Assembly: GCA_964016885.1 (NCBI GenBank)
Contig: OZ024755.1
Span: 5,270,001-5,334,000 of the forward strand
Length of the DNA stretch: 64,000 nt
Source of the DNA: Eledone cirrhosa
Lineage: Eukaryota
Direction: 5' to 3'
The notes under the pieces are model-generated. The model was not told where the DNA came from. It searched no databases and worked only from the letters and a program-made list of their open reading frames with translations. Made by a program: the position numbers and the translations under genes. Positions 14,024-27,397 of the stretch are shown here, in pieces (position 1 is the stretch's first letter; the number at the start of each line of letters is the position of its first letter).

Positions 14024-14420
14024 TATATACATATATATATACATACACATATATATATATACATATATATACATACACATATATATATACATACATTTAT
14101 ACATATTTGCATACATACATTTATATACATACTTTCACACATATATACATACATTTATACATATATGCATACATACATTTATATGCATACATACATTTAT
14201 ATGCATACATACATTTATATACATACTTTCACACATATATGCATACATACATTTATATACATACTTTCACACATATATACATACATTTATACATATATGC
14301 ATACATACATTTATATACATACTTTCACACATATATACATACTTTCACACATATATGCATACATACATTTATATACATACTTTCACACATATATACATAC
14401 ATATATACATACATACAAAG
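13840..14420. repeat. Compound (TA)/(CATA) microsatellite with a higher-order unit of about 44 bp containing ACTTTCAC
   Basis: CATACATTTATATACATACTTTCACACATATAT recurs at least 5 times. Confidence 0.85.
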
Positions 14421-15029
14421 GTGTGTGTTTGTGTGTATATGTGTACGTACGTATGTATACGCATACATATGCATATAAAGATGTGTTTGTGTTTGTTTGT
14501 GTATATACATTCACAGCATGTATCCATATGTTTACATACATAAGCACAGCAGTAAAATGTTTTAATACAAAGAATATTCACACAAGACAATATCTGAGAC
14601 AATTACTTGGTGGAAGAGTTATTATAGACACAAAAACCGTTAAATTAACTTTAACAAAGTTAGATTAGAGCCTGTAAATCCTTATAGAGACACAGGCGTG
14701 TTGTTGTGGTTTATTGTGTATCTTGATTGTTTAAAACCTGGTGGAGGTCAGTCTCTATCTTTCCAGGTCCTGAACAAAACCTAATGGAGGTCATCTCCCC
14801 CCTCTCTCTCTCTCTGCAGGTCCCTGAACATAGCCATTTTCTTCCAGAGACAACATTGAATTTAACCATTTTTGTCTTTTTTGAAAGGCTTTAGTTTTGA
14901 TTCTTCCACAATGGAATTATTATAGTTTCAACACACAGTCTCGGATCAAGTCACTGACCAGACATGTCCAACTGTGGTTAAAATAACTCTTCCATGATGG
15001 AATTGCTTTAGTTTCAACAATAATAAAAT

Positions 15030-15250
15030 GCACCCAGCCCGCTCTGTAAACTGGTAGTACTGGTGCCATGATAAAATACTCCCTGGACACTCTGTAAAGT
15101 GGTTGGCATTAAGAAGAGCATCCAGCTGCAGCAATTCTGCTAAACATATGAGTAAGATGTGGTCATGTGATCTGTCTAGTGACAGAGCGTGACAACCTAT
15201 CCAATCTATACCAATGTAGGACTTTGATGATGATGATGATGATGCTGTTG
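15030..15250 (+). mobile_element. SINE 3' half with GGAAGGGCATCC-type motif and RTE-like tail ending in (GAT)n
   Basis: CACTCTGTAAAGTGGTTGGCATTAAGAAGAGCATCCAGCTG...GATGATGATGAT. Homologues lie at about 41.0, 46.2, 56.0 and 63.2-64.0 kb. Confidence 0.55.
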
Positions 15251-15439
15251 ATGTTATGGCTGAGTGGAGGTCAGAACTTCTACTTTTATGTGATGACAGT
15301 CTATCTGCCATTTCCCCCGCCATTCCTCATGTCACCCTGCTTATTTCTGGCTGAGTGAACACTGAAGCAACATGAAAAATGAAATATCTTGCTTAAGAAC
15401 ACAACACATAGCCTGTAGAACTTGTTATATATATATATA

Positions 15440-15692
15440 CTGTATGTATAAGATCTATGTACTGTATGTATTCATGTATAAGATCTATGTACTGCATGTA
15501 TTCAAGTATAAGATCTATGTACTGTATATATCCATGTATAAGATATATTTACTGTATGTATTCATGTATAAGATAAATTTACTATATGTATTCATGTATA
15601 AGATATATTTCCTGTGTTTCATGTATACGATATATGTACTGTATGTATTCATGTGTAAGATATATTTGGAGTATGTATTCATGTATAAGATT
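15440..15692. repeat. 30-bp minisatellite GTATAAGATCTATGTACTGTATGTATTCAT
   Basis: About 8 tandem copies. Confidence 0.9.
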
Positions 15693-15849
15693 ACATTATG
15701 CATAATACGTGATTTTTTTTTTTTTTTTTTTTTGGTGGGGGAGTAAAAATAATGATTTTTGTTTTTCCTAAAGTTTGTGTATAACGTGACCCTAACTCTT
15801 GTGTAATATTGGTATATCAGGATTAAACTAGTTAGATTATAATTCAACA

Positions 15850-16075
15850 GAGTACTTGATACTTGGGATAGTAGAGTATGACTATATTAGACAGGGGCCA
15901 ATGGCTGAGCTCTTGCTGTTTCAACAGCTAGTTCCAGATGTCACTGTAGAAAACCAGCCAGAACCACCCCTATATGAGCAAGATACGGTCACCCGACACA
16001 ACTTGCCTCTAAATGGGACCCGTCTAACCCATGCTAGCTTGGAAGATTGACGTTAATCGATGATGATGATGATGA
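15850..16075. mobile_element. Family A fragment joined to an RTE-type tail (CCCGTCTAACCCATGCTAGC...GATGATGAT)
   Basis: 15850-15940 matches family A (GTACTTGATACTTGGG.TAGTAGAGT...GCTGAGCTC...GTTTCAACAGCTAG). 16015-16075 matches the RTE-like tail found elsewhere in the window. Confidence 0.55.
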
Positions 16076-16831
16076 TATATCATCATCTATATATATATAT
16101 ATATACACACACACATGTTCACACATACACACTTACACACACATACATTAACATGTGTATATGTACAATGTAGTTTGTATAAATTCTTATACAAATAATA
16201 TAAATTGGCATTCGGCATAATCGTTTAATCTTATAATGAACTTGTTTTGTTCCTATTGACCTTTAATTAAAAATGTCACTGAATCGACATGATTTATATT
16301 CTAGTTGTTTGAATTTTCGGTTGTTCTTTGAAAATTTCAAGAACGTGATATCTCAAATGTTCGCCATCATTATGAATGTTGATTAATTTTATCCTAATTC
16401 ATTAAAGATACCGTCACATCGTATGTAAATTATGAAGAATTTATTATTACTAAGAAACAAACACATTATTAAATCTAAAATCTTTAGCGAAAATCTAATC
16501 AGTCATATAGTGGGGATTTATTAATTGAGTGGTGTTGGTGGTGGTGTCTGGTGGTGGTGGTGGTGGTGGTGTCTGCTGGTGGTGGTAGGATGAGCGAGAA
16601 CATCAGTTGACCAGAGGCTGGAGAATATTTGTCAGTGACTTACACACACACAGATAGATAGATATAGATAGATAGATAGAAATATACATGAATATATGTA
16701 CATACATAAGTAAAACAAAAACAGCAAACAACCAATCAGTGAGAGTTTCTGAGTTGTTGCCTAATCTGTTTAAACCATACCTAACAAATCCCTAGAAATC
16801 CCTTACATCTCTCTTTAGAACAAAGACTTCA

Positions 16832-17152
16832 TGTTTTAAGTCCTAAATCCTAGGCCAATATGGTTTAATTCTTAAACCGTAGGCCATGATGGTTTAAGTC
16901 CTAAATCCTAGGTCAGGATGGTTTAATTCTTAAATCGTAGGCCAGGATGGTTTAAGTCCCAAATCGTAGGCCAGGATGCTTTAAGTCCTAAATCGTAGGC
17001 CAGGATGCTTTAAGTCCTAAATCGTAGGCCAGGATGGTTTAATTCCTAAATTGTAGACCAGGATGGTTTGTCCTAAATTGTAGGCCAGGATGGTTTAATT
17101 CTTAAATTGTAGACCAGGATGGTTTGTCCTAAATCGTAGGCCAGGATGGTTT
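16832..17152. repeat. About 29-31 bp minisatellite GTCCTAAATCGTAGGCCAGGATGGTTTAA
   Basis: About 10 tandem copies. Confidence 0.9.
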
Positions 17153-17479
17153 GTAGTAATAAAGACAGTGTGACTATGACCAGAAATATAATGAATGAAT
17201 GATGCCTTGCTTGATAAGATGTTTCTGTGTCATAGGTTTACTTGAGGGAAATCTGATTAGGTTACTGTAAAATAGTGATAGAATTGAATCTAGGAACACT
17301 CTGACATTGTTATTCTAATCCAGACACTACTGTAGAACAAACCTTCTATATATATAACGTGACCAGGTCTCAGACAGAGCCATGAAAATTTTGCCTCTAA
17401 AAAATAAATGATAAATATACAGTAAAATTAACATCTTTTGTGGCTTTTTTTGTAGCTTTTATGGCTACAAATATTCTTC

Positions 17480-19110
17480 GATACTGTGTCAGTATGATAT
17501 CAGTTTTATATCAGTGTGTCGAACACTTGTAACAATATCTCACAGTATAATATACCTAGAGGATATCACAGTATGTTATAATACACAATGGATATCATAG
17601 TGTGTTATAAACAAACAGTGGTTTTATTGGTGTGTGGAGAACAGTATTATCTCACAATATTGTATACCAAGAGAATGATATCAATATATTATAACACAAA
17701 GTGGATATTAGTGTGTGGAGAACTTATAACAGTATGATACCATAATTTAGTATATTGTCATAGACAGATATGATGTGTTATAACATATCTATCTTAGATA
17801 ATTGATATATTAAAATATATATCTGTGTGGAGAACTTGTAACAGGACTGTCACAATATAGTGTACTAACAGACACAGTTTGTTACATTACAGAAGATATA
17901 TATCTGTTTGTGGAGAACTTGTAACTGGTCTGTGTCACAATTTAGTATACTAACAGACATGAACATCATGTTACAGGACATAGGATATATCTATATATGA
18001 AGAACTTGTAACTGGTCTGTGTCACAATTTAGCGTAGTAACAGACATAAACATCATGTTACAGGATATATGATATATCTGTGTAGAGAACTTGTAACAAC
18101 ACCATGTCACAATTTAGTGTAGTAACAGACATAAACATCATGTTACAGGATATATGATATATCTGTATGTGGAGAGCTTGTAACAGGACTGTCACAATTT
18201 AGTGTAGTAACAGACATAAACATCATGTTACAGGATATATGATATATCTGTGTAGAGAACTTGTAACAACACCATGTCACAATTTAGTGTACTAACAGAC
18301 ATAAACATCATGTTACAGGATATATGATATATCTATATATGGAGAACTTGTAACAGGGTTGTGTCACAATTTAGTGTACTAACAGACATAAACATCATGT
18401 TACAGGATATATGATATATCTATATATGGAGAACTTGTAACAGGGTTGTGTCACAATTTAGTGTACTAACAGACATAAACATCATGTTACAGGATATATG
18501 ATATATCTATATATGGAGAACTTGTAACAGGGTTGTGTCACAATTTAGTGTACTAACAGACATAAACATCATATTACAAAATATATGATATATCTATATA
18601 TGGAGAACTTGTAACAGGGTTGTGTCACAATTTAGTTTTACTAACAGTCACAAACAACATCGATATGAGATATATTTGTATATGGAAAATTTGTAATATA
18701 TTAACAAAACAAAAACAACAACCACAATAGTATAAAAAAATAACTTGTAATAAAGTTGTGTCACAATTTAGTATACTAACAGTCACAAATAGTAGGTTAC
18801 AGGACATATGATATATCTGTGTGGAGAACTTGTAACTGGTCTGTGTCACAATTTAGTGTAGTAACAGACATAAGCATCATGTTACAGGACATGATATTTC
18901 TGTATGTGGAGAAGTTGTGACAGGACTGTGTCACAATTTAATGTCCTAACAAGTATCAGTATGTTACAGGACATAAAAGATATATCTGTATGTAACAATA
19001 CCATGTAACAATTTAGTATTCTAACAGACACAAACAGAATGTTACAGGACATAAAATATATATCTATGTGGAGAACTTGTAACTGCGACTGTACAATGTT
19101 AAAATTTAGT
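17480..19110. repeat. 87-bp minisatellite with a homogeneous core and degenerate edges
   Basis: GGAGAACTTGTAAC recurs at 18341, 18428, 18515 and 18602 (period 87). Confidence 0.93.
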
Positions 19111-19649
19111 ATATTAACACTTTTGATACCAATCTGCCCAAAACTTACTAGGGGTTTATAAAACAAAACCAATCCTTATAAAGGGTTCTTATTTAAACCT
19201 TTCAACATGATTTTATATAAAAACCTTTTACAAAATACCAACATAATAATGAAATAATTAATACTTTTAGTAAATCCCTCCAAATTCTTAATTAACTAAT
19301 TAAAATACAGTGTATTTCGTTAGGAAAAGGTTAACAACAGTAGCCAGTATGTTAATAAAACATATGGAAAATCGGTAACTTGTAAAAATAGTCATAGTTT
19401 GTTGTATATAAATTCTGTAGAAATATTTATTTGCTAAAAAGACTATAAAATCTTTCACCCCCTCCCTCACCAACCAGAAAATATTAGTTAAACATCTAAA
19501 CTTAAGCCACCTAGAATGTAGACGAGAAGGTGAGATGCCAGACGTCTATCTACTTTTAGAGAATATTCTGGAAAGTAAAGCAGCAAATGTTGGTCTGAAA
19601 CATTGGAAGAACAGAAATATACTGTCATGTGCCAATATTTTTATCAGTT

Positions 19650-20005
19650 ATCATCATCATCACCACCACTACCATCTTCATCATCACCACCACCACTACC
19701 ATCTTCATCATCACCACCACCACCACCATCTTCATCATCACCACCACCATCTTCATCATCACCACCATCATCACCATCACCATCATCATCATCATCATCA
19801 TCATCTTTTTCATTATCACCATCATCATCATCATCATCATACCATCATTTTTATCATCACCATCATCATCATCATTTTCATTACCACCATCTTCATCATC
19901 ATCACCATCATCATCATCATTTTCATCATCATTATCATCACCATCACCATTTCCATCATCATCATCATCGTCATTTTATGGCCTCTTTCCATGCTGGCAT
20001 GGGTA
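19650..20005 (-). mobile_element. RTE-type 3' tail with expanded (GAT/GGT)n terminal microsatellite
   Basis: TTTCCATGCTGGCATGGGT at about 19986-20004 is the reverse complement of the family tail ACCCATGC(T/C)AGCATGGAAA. It directly abuts the about 320-bp (CAT/CAC)n tract. Confidence 0.65.
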
Positions 20006-20422
20006 AGAATATCTTGTCATGGTCTGTGACTAAACTGATCAGAGAACCATGTCTGGCTCATCACATATTCCATATTTGGTATGGCTTCTACAGTTGACTG
20101 CCGTTGCTCGTACTAATCGACTAAAAACATGAAATTATACTAATTAGTCATTTAGGAGGAGACAGAGTTGTTTAATTTTCTATTTGGAAAAAGTCTGGAA
20201 TGTTATGATGGCTTCTGTTGAAGATTTCCAAACAACCCTTGGACAAGTTTCTTATCTCTCAGACTATAATTACTGTAGAACAACTTCATCATTCTCACCA
20301 TTTTATATCTATTATTGATGATGATGATGTTGATGATGTTCTCAGATGATTATAGCCTATGGTAACTATTTGATACAACAACAACAACAACAATAAAGAC
20401 ACCCAGGCACGTGGTTAAAGGT

Positions 20423-20926
20423 TTAACCCTTTAGCATTTACATTACTCTATATATACTATTATATTTTCATGGTAAAGGCTTTACCTCACATAATACCTC
20501 ACATAACATTTACATTACTCTATATATACTATTGTATTTTCACAGTAAGGGCTTTACCTCACATAATACCTCACATAACATTTACATTACTCTATATATA
20601 CTATTGTATTTTCATGGTAAAGGCTTTACCTCACATAATACCTCACATAACATTTACATTACTCTATATATACTATTGTATTTTCACAGAAAAAACTTTA
20701 CCTCACATAATACCTCACATAACATTTACATTACTCTATATATATTATTATATTTTCATGGTAAATGCTTTATCTCGCATAATTATCTCACATAATATCG
20801 AATCTGAGATTTTCAAAGTATTTATTTTGAGAACAATACCTTAACATCAGTATAAGTGACCAGTTACAGCTGGTTTCAACAGAAAAAGGTAGAGAATTCT
20901 GGCCTCTTTGAACATTAAAGGGTTAA
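20423..20926. mobile_element. piggyBac-type MITE with an internally amplified 72-bp segment
   Basis: TTAA-CCCTTTA...TAAAGGG-TTAA ends. It is the inverted homologue of 57506-57734, and its 72-bp internal unit is repeated about 5 times. Confidence 0.8.
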
Positions 20927-20989
20927 TGTCTGTCCTAAGTCTGAGGAACTCACCGTGTAGGACCTAATCCCTGGTTTTATTGGGTAATA

Positions 20990-22640
20990 GTATACTAACA
21001 GTTACTATGTTGTAGTACAGTACATATATGTGGAGAACTAGTAACTGTACCAAGTTATAGTTAGTACATTTGTATACTAACAGTTACTATGTTGTAGTAC
21101 AGTACATATATGTGGAGAACTAGTAACTGTACCAAGTCATAGTTAGTACATTTGTATACTAACAGTTACTATGTTGTAGTACAGTACATATATGTGGAGA
21201 ACTAGTAACTGTACCAAGTCATAGTTAGTACGTTTGTATACTAACAGTTACTATGTTGTAGTACAGTACATATATGTGGAGAACTAGTAACTGTACCAAG
21301 TTATAGTTAGTACATTTGTATACTAACAGTTACTATGTTGTAGTACAGTACATATATGTGGAGAACTAGTAACTGTACCAAGTCATAGTTAGTACGTTTG
21401 TATACTAACAGTTACTATGTTGTAGTACAGTACATATATGTGGAGAACTAGTAACTGTACCAAGTCATAGTTAGTACGTTTGTATACTAACAGTTACTAT
21501 GTTGTAGTACAGTACATATATGTGGAGAACTAGTAACTGTACCAAGTCATAGTTAGTACGTTTGTATACTAACAGTTACTATGTTGTAGTACAGTACATA
21601 TATGTGGAGAACTAGTAACTGTACCAAGTCATAGTTAGTACGTTTGTATACTAACAGTTACTATGTTGTAGTACAGTACATATATGTGGAGAACTAGTAA
21701 CTGTACCAAGTCATAGTTAGTACATTTGTATACTAACAGTTACTATGTTGTAGTACAGTACATATATGTGGAGAACTAGTAACTGTACCAAGTCATAGTT
21801 AGTACATTTGTATACTAACAGTTACTATGTTGTAGTACAGTACATATATGTGGAGAACTAGTAACTGTACCAAGTCATAGTTAGTACGTTTGTATACTAA
21901 CAGTTACTATGTTGTAGTACAGTACATATATGTGGAGAACTAGTAACTGTACCAAGTCATAGTTAGTACGTTTGTATACTAACAGTTACTATGTTGTAGT
22001 ACAGTACATATATGTGGAGAACTAGTAACTGTACCAAGTCATAGTTAGTACGTTTGTATACTAACAGTTACTATGTTGTAGTACAGTACATATATGTGGA
22101 GAACTAGTAACTGTACCAAGTCATAGTTAGTACGTTTGTATACTAACAGTTACTATGTTGTAGTACAGTACATATATGTGGAGAACTAGTAACTGTACCA
22201 AGTCATAGTTAGTACGTTTGTATACTAACAGTTACTATGTTGTAGTACAGTACATATATGTGGAGAACTAGTAACTGTACCAAGTCATAGTTAGTACATT
22301 TGTATACTAACAGTTACTATGTTGTAGTACAGTACATATATGTGGAGAACTAGTAACTGTACCAAGTCATAGTTAGTACATTTGTATACTAACAGTTACT
22401 ATGTTGTAGTACAGTACATATATGTGGAGAACTAGTAACTGTACCAAGTCATAGTTAGTACGTTTGTATACTAACAGTTACTATGTTGTAGTACAGTACA
22501 TATATGTGGAGAACTAGTAACTGTACCAAGTCATAGTTAGTACGTTTGTATACTAACAGTACATATATGTGGAGAACTAGTAACTGTACCAAGTTATAGT
22601 TAGTACATTTGTATACTAACAGTTACTATGTTGTACATTA
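20990..22640. repeat. 82-bp minisatellite, about 20 near-identical copies
   Basis: GTTACTATGTTG recurs at 21001, 21083 and 21165 (period 82). Only two recurrent variant sites are visible (ACA/ACG and GTT/GTC). Confidence 0.97.
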
Positions 22641-22742
22641 CAGTATAGCATATATATATGAATGAACATGGATGTGAAAATTAATTTTTCTTCCCCTTAT
22701 TATTTTTATTATTATTATTATCACTATTTGTACAAATATGCA

Positions 22743-22848
22743 ACTGAACAATACTCCACTGACAATACATATAATACTGAACAATACTCCACTGACAATA
22801 CATATAATACTGAACAATACTCCACTGACAATACATATAATACTGAAA
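22743..22848. repeat. 33-bp tandem repeat x3
   Basis: ACTGAACAATACTCCACTGACAATACATATAAT. Confidence 0.9.
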
Positions 22849-22935
22849 CCGGTATTGTAAATAAATCAATGTTTTGATATTTTACTGACAAAATATCTTC
22901 AACATTTTCTACTGAAAAATCTTTTTCCTTTCTAC

Positions 22936-22990
<55 letters not shown>

Positions 22991-23220
22991 CGTTTCTGAA
23001 TTTGTTTAGCAAGATTCTTTATCTGAAATCGTGTGTTGAAACCGATATTGTTATACTATATATAAACAACTATCTGGTTGTGGAACCAACCAACCAACCA
23101 GAAATTTATAAATTTGTAAATTTATAAATATATAATAAATTGAAGTGAAAGCAACTGGTGCGTGTGTTTCTTATTGGCAACATGACCCTCCCAAAGTATA
23201 ACAATATATATATATATATA

Positions 23221-23650
23221 TATAATCAAAGAAATTGATGAAAGAGAAGGAAGCCGTTAAAATATATTTATAAGAAGCTCTTACACATGTTACGTCCAAG
23301 TTGGGCTCCTCAGAGTCTCACAAGAAAATGAAGGGTTCTCATACACATTCAGGGTTCCTAATTAAACCCTTTATTTTCTTGTGAGCCTCTGAGGAGCCCA
23401 ACTTGGGCGTAACATGTGTAAGAGCTTCTTATAAATATATTTTAATGGCTTGCTTCTCTTTCATCAAATTCTTCGATTATAATTGCTCTGCTTAAATTCA
23501 CATACTAAATATTAACGCTTCTAATATTTAACCCTGTCTGCACAAGCATCGAGCACGAATACACCTGCTTTTGGCAATTATCTGTATCGCCTCCTTCTAT
23601 AATGCTTCTTCTCTCTATTCTCTCTCACGATACTGTAACATTTTATTATA
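23221..23650 (+). mobile_element. Putative PLE 3' remnant with inverted partial pLTR and an HHR-like motif (family C)
   Basis: Inverted arms of about 115 bp (23221-23337 / 23364-23481), each carrying CTGAGGA-GCCCA-ACT-TGG(G/A)C-GTAA-CATGTG-TA. Flanked by (TA)n on both sides. Confidence 0.7.
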
Positions 23651-23652
23651 TA

Positions 23653-23687
<35 letters not shown>

Positions 23688-23689
23688 TT

Positions 23690-23880
23690 AATATAGATGA
23701 GATTCTACAGGACTAGAACTGTTTCATTCTTTAGAAATCATCAGGAATCTGGGTATCAAAAAATAAATATGGTATTTATAGGTCTCTTCAGGTGGTAGGA
23801 GAGGGTAGGGAGTGGGATGGGTAGAGGTCATTGGTTTATAGAAAAGAGAATTCATTAAAAGCTAATTCTTTAAAGCTATA
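23690..23880 (-). mobile_element. Putative PLE fragment with HHR-like core (family D)
   Basis: Minus strand reads CTGATGA-TTTCTAAAGAAT-GAAACAGTTCTAGTCCTGTAG. A homologous fold-back copy lies at 39560-39735. Confidence 0.55.
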
Positions 23881-23916
<36 letters not shown>

Positions 23917-23918
<2 letters not shown>

Positions 23919-24105
23919 CAAAGGAATTGTGGTAAGGAACCAGATGGACCATAACGCACCATAGTACTCAATACTTAGGGTAGTAGAGTAGGAAATAGGA
24001 AAAAGTATGACCCCAACGGCAGAGCTCAAGCCGTTTCGACGGCTATTTCTGTCCAGAAATAGCCGTCGAAACGGCTTGAGCTCTGCCATCAGGGTCATAC
24101 TTTTT

Positions 24106-24108
<3 letters not shown>
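23917..24108. mobile_element. Family A fold-back element (longest hairpin copy)
   Basis: Family A end followed by a near-perfect palindrome with arms of about 55 bp centred near 24053. Flanked by (TA)n. Confidence 0.8.
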
Positions 24109-24149
<41 letters not shown>

Positions 24150-24361
24150 CTGGTATCAAATATACATCCCATTACCCATGTATTGAGTTCTCTTTTTCCA
24201 GTTGGCACAACAACCAAACCTACACACACACTCTCATATAGCAAGAAGTACTTTGAAGTTTAGAAATAGATACACTGTGTGTAAGAGAGAAAGCTTGTAA
24301 ATGTTATCTAATGTAATCTGGATCAACATTAGAACTTCATATGAAGATTAACATTTTTGTT

Positions 24362-24396
<35 letters not shown>

Positions 24397-24439
24397 AAAA
24401 ATGTTAATCTCTCTCTCTCTCTCGATATATGTATATATA

Positions 24440-24830
24440 TATATGATCAGATATGTATATATGATGATATATATATATATATGATGAGATATATATATAT
24501 ATGATGAGATATATATATATATATGATGAGATATATATATATATCTCATCATATATATATATATCTCATCATATATATATATATCTCATCATATATATAT
24601 ATATCTCATCATATATATATATATCTCATCATATATATATATATGATGAGATATATATATATGATGAGATATATATATATGATGAGATATATATATGATG
24701 AGATATATATATGATATATATGATATATATATATATATATGATATATATGATATATATATATATATATATGATATATATATATATATATATGATATATAT
24801 ATATATATATATATGATATATATATATACT
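24440..24830. repeat. [ATGATGAG(AT)n] microsatellite with an inverted central block
   Basis: Forward units, then CTCATCAT units (about 24541-24640), then forward units again. Confidence 0.9.
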
Positions 24831-25799
24831 AGTGTTGAAAAATGGACTTTAAATGATGATGATGATATGTATATGTGTGCATGTATACACACACACGCAC
24901 ATACACACACATACACACACACACACACACACATATATATACATATATATAAAATTGTGTGGGTGTATTTCTAAAGGCATTTGTGTTATTTTCTAATGGC
25001 TGTAAATGTCATTAAACCTGTGTAGTTAATGGGAATAATTTTGGTCATATCGTAATTGCGACACTAATTGCAATTTAAACTCTGAACATCATCAAAGAAA
25101 GCTAGTCTTTCAATAAATGGCTGGTGATTCGGATTCCTCTAATGGAAAAACCCCATTTAAGTTGCGAGTTTTAAAAACCTCAATTTCACTAGTTCGGATA
25201 ATTAAGTATAGATTTATTTATAAAACACTGAGTGAGTTTGAAATTAGAAAGGCTATTGGTATTTCTGGTTGTAATCACTCCTAAGTTCCAATTAATATAT
25301 CAAGGTGCTCATCAATAGCAAATATTTGTATTAAGTTAAAATAAAATAAAATAAAATAAAATAAAATATAAAAAAAATAATAATAAAAATAAAAAAAAGA
25401 TAAAAGATTTGTTTAATTCTTAACATCATGCAATGATTTAATAGCAAAACAATATATATTAAAAAAAAGAAAATGTGTTCTTTTAATTCGAATATTTATC
25501 GTATCTTTATTATTAGAGAGTGGATAGGTTGTGAAAATTTGCAGTAAACTAAAATAACTACTTGAATTTTTGATAGATTGCAATCATAGTGTTGCTTTGT
25601 ATTCTATGTTGTGTTAATGTGGTTCGCAGCAGTAGAGGACATTAAAAGTTAAGTAACCTAAATCAGGGAGGTGGGGTGAAGGATTAAAATGAAAATATTA
25701 GAATTTAATTAACTATTAATGAAACATCATGTATTTTATTTAAAGAGTGGTACTACCCATGCTAGCTTAGAAAATGGACATTAAACGATGATAATGATG

Positions 25800-25985
25800 G
25801 TAATAATTATTTCTACTTTTGGCACAAGGCCAGCAATTATCCAGTACATTACTGGTACTTTATTTTATCGACCCCGTAAGGCTGAAAAGCCAAGTTAACC
25901 TCGGCGGGATTTGAACTCAGAATGGCAAGGGCCGTAACTCTATGCGTCAAAGCATGGCATCCGACCCTCTACCGATACTGCCAAT
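25800..25985 (-). mobile_element. Near full-length Meta-domain-like SINE
   Basis: The reverse complement has A box TGGCAGTATCGG, B box GAGTTCAAATCC, the core, and tail GGCCTTGTGCCAAAAGTAGAAATAATTATT. Confidence 0.85.
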
Positions 25986-26287
25986 TCACCATATATATAT
26001 ATGAATATATATGTATATGTATGTATGTATGTGTATATATGAATATATATGTATATGTATGTATGTGTATATATGAATATATATGTATATGTAAGTATGT
26101 GTATATATGTATATATGTATATGTATGTGTATATATGAATATATATGTATATGTATATGTATGTATGTGTATATATGAATGTATATGTATGTATGTGTAT
26201 ATATGAATGTATATGTATGTATGTGTATATATGAATATATATGTATGTTTGTATGTGTATGTATGAATATATATATATATATGAATA

Positions 26288-26369
<82 letters not shown>

Positions 26370-27024
26370 TTTCCTGTAGGTATAATATAATAAAAGATAA
26401 TGATTTCTTTGAAGAAATAAATTAAAAAAAAGATAATTCCAAAAATTGACCCCCCCCCCCAAACAAAAAAAAACATGAAAGATTTTGATATTACCAACAA
26501 ACGAGATAGCACAGCGTTTTCAGTACATATTTTGTAAATCAATTTCAGAATATTATATTTATTTATTTGAACTCTCTATTGTTTTGATTATGGCAGAGTG
26601 AGTGAGAGAAAATGGCAGTTTCAAGTTATTATTAATTTACATAAATAACATAACATAAATAAATAAATGAAATAAAATTTAATTGAAATTAAAATTAATG
26701 GCATAAATATGTGGCATTTTTTGGTAAGTTTCATTTGAATTTATTTAAATGAGAAAATATTTATATGTATATAATATATGTGTGTATGTATATATATATA
26801 AATATATATATATAAATATATATATATAAATATATATATATAAATATATATAATATAAGATCAAAAGATGGTTAAGAGTTCCATGTATTTTATTATGCGC
26901 ATTTCAAAAACAAATATCATCATGGGATGATATTTGCGTTCTCATGAAAATAGGGAGACATGATATGAAGCTTAAAAAACACTTCCGAGCAGTGAAGTGT
27001 TAAAGCTATAAATATATATATATA

Positions 27025-27200
27025 TAAAGAAAGTGTGATAAGGAACTAGGTGGACCATAATGTACCAGTGTACTCGATACTTAGGGTAGTAGAGTGGGTA
27101 ATAGGAAAAGGGTCAGGACCCTGACGGCAGAGCTCCGGCTGTTTCGACAGCTAGATCCAACGGTCGGAACTCGGCCGTCGCAGTCCTGACTCTTTTCCTA
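27025..27200. mobile_element. Family A fold-back element
   Basis: GTGTGATAAGGAACTAGGTGGACCATAA...GGAAAAGGGTCAGGACC followed by an inverted GTCCTGACTCTTTTCC and (TA)n. Confidence 0.75.
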
Positions 27201-27252
27201 TATGTATATATATATATATGTGTGTGTGTCTGTCTGTATGTCTTTATATGTG

Positions 27253-27297
<45 letters not shown>

Positions 27298-27397
27298 ATA
27301 TAAGAACATAAACAATGAATAACATAAAACATTGTATTAGTTTGACACTGGATATGAGAAGGAAGAAATATTTAATGTTTTGCTCTTCATCCGAGAT

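Noticed and set aside
19535-20097. Poly-His, poly-Ser and poly-Ile ORFs
   Set aside because: They come from the (CAT/CAC)n tail of a retroposon, with all frames open.
20990-22640. CRISPR-like regular repeat
   Set aside because: The 82-bp units are contiguous with no unique spacers, there are no cas genes, and the context is eukaryotic.
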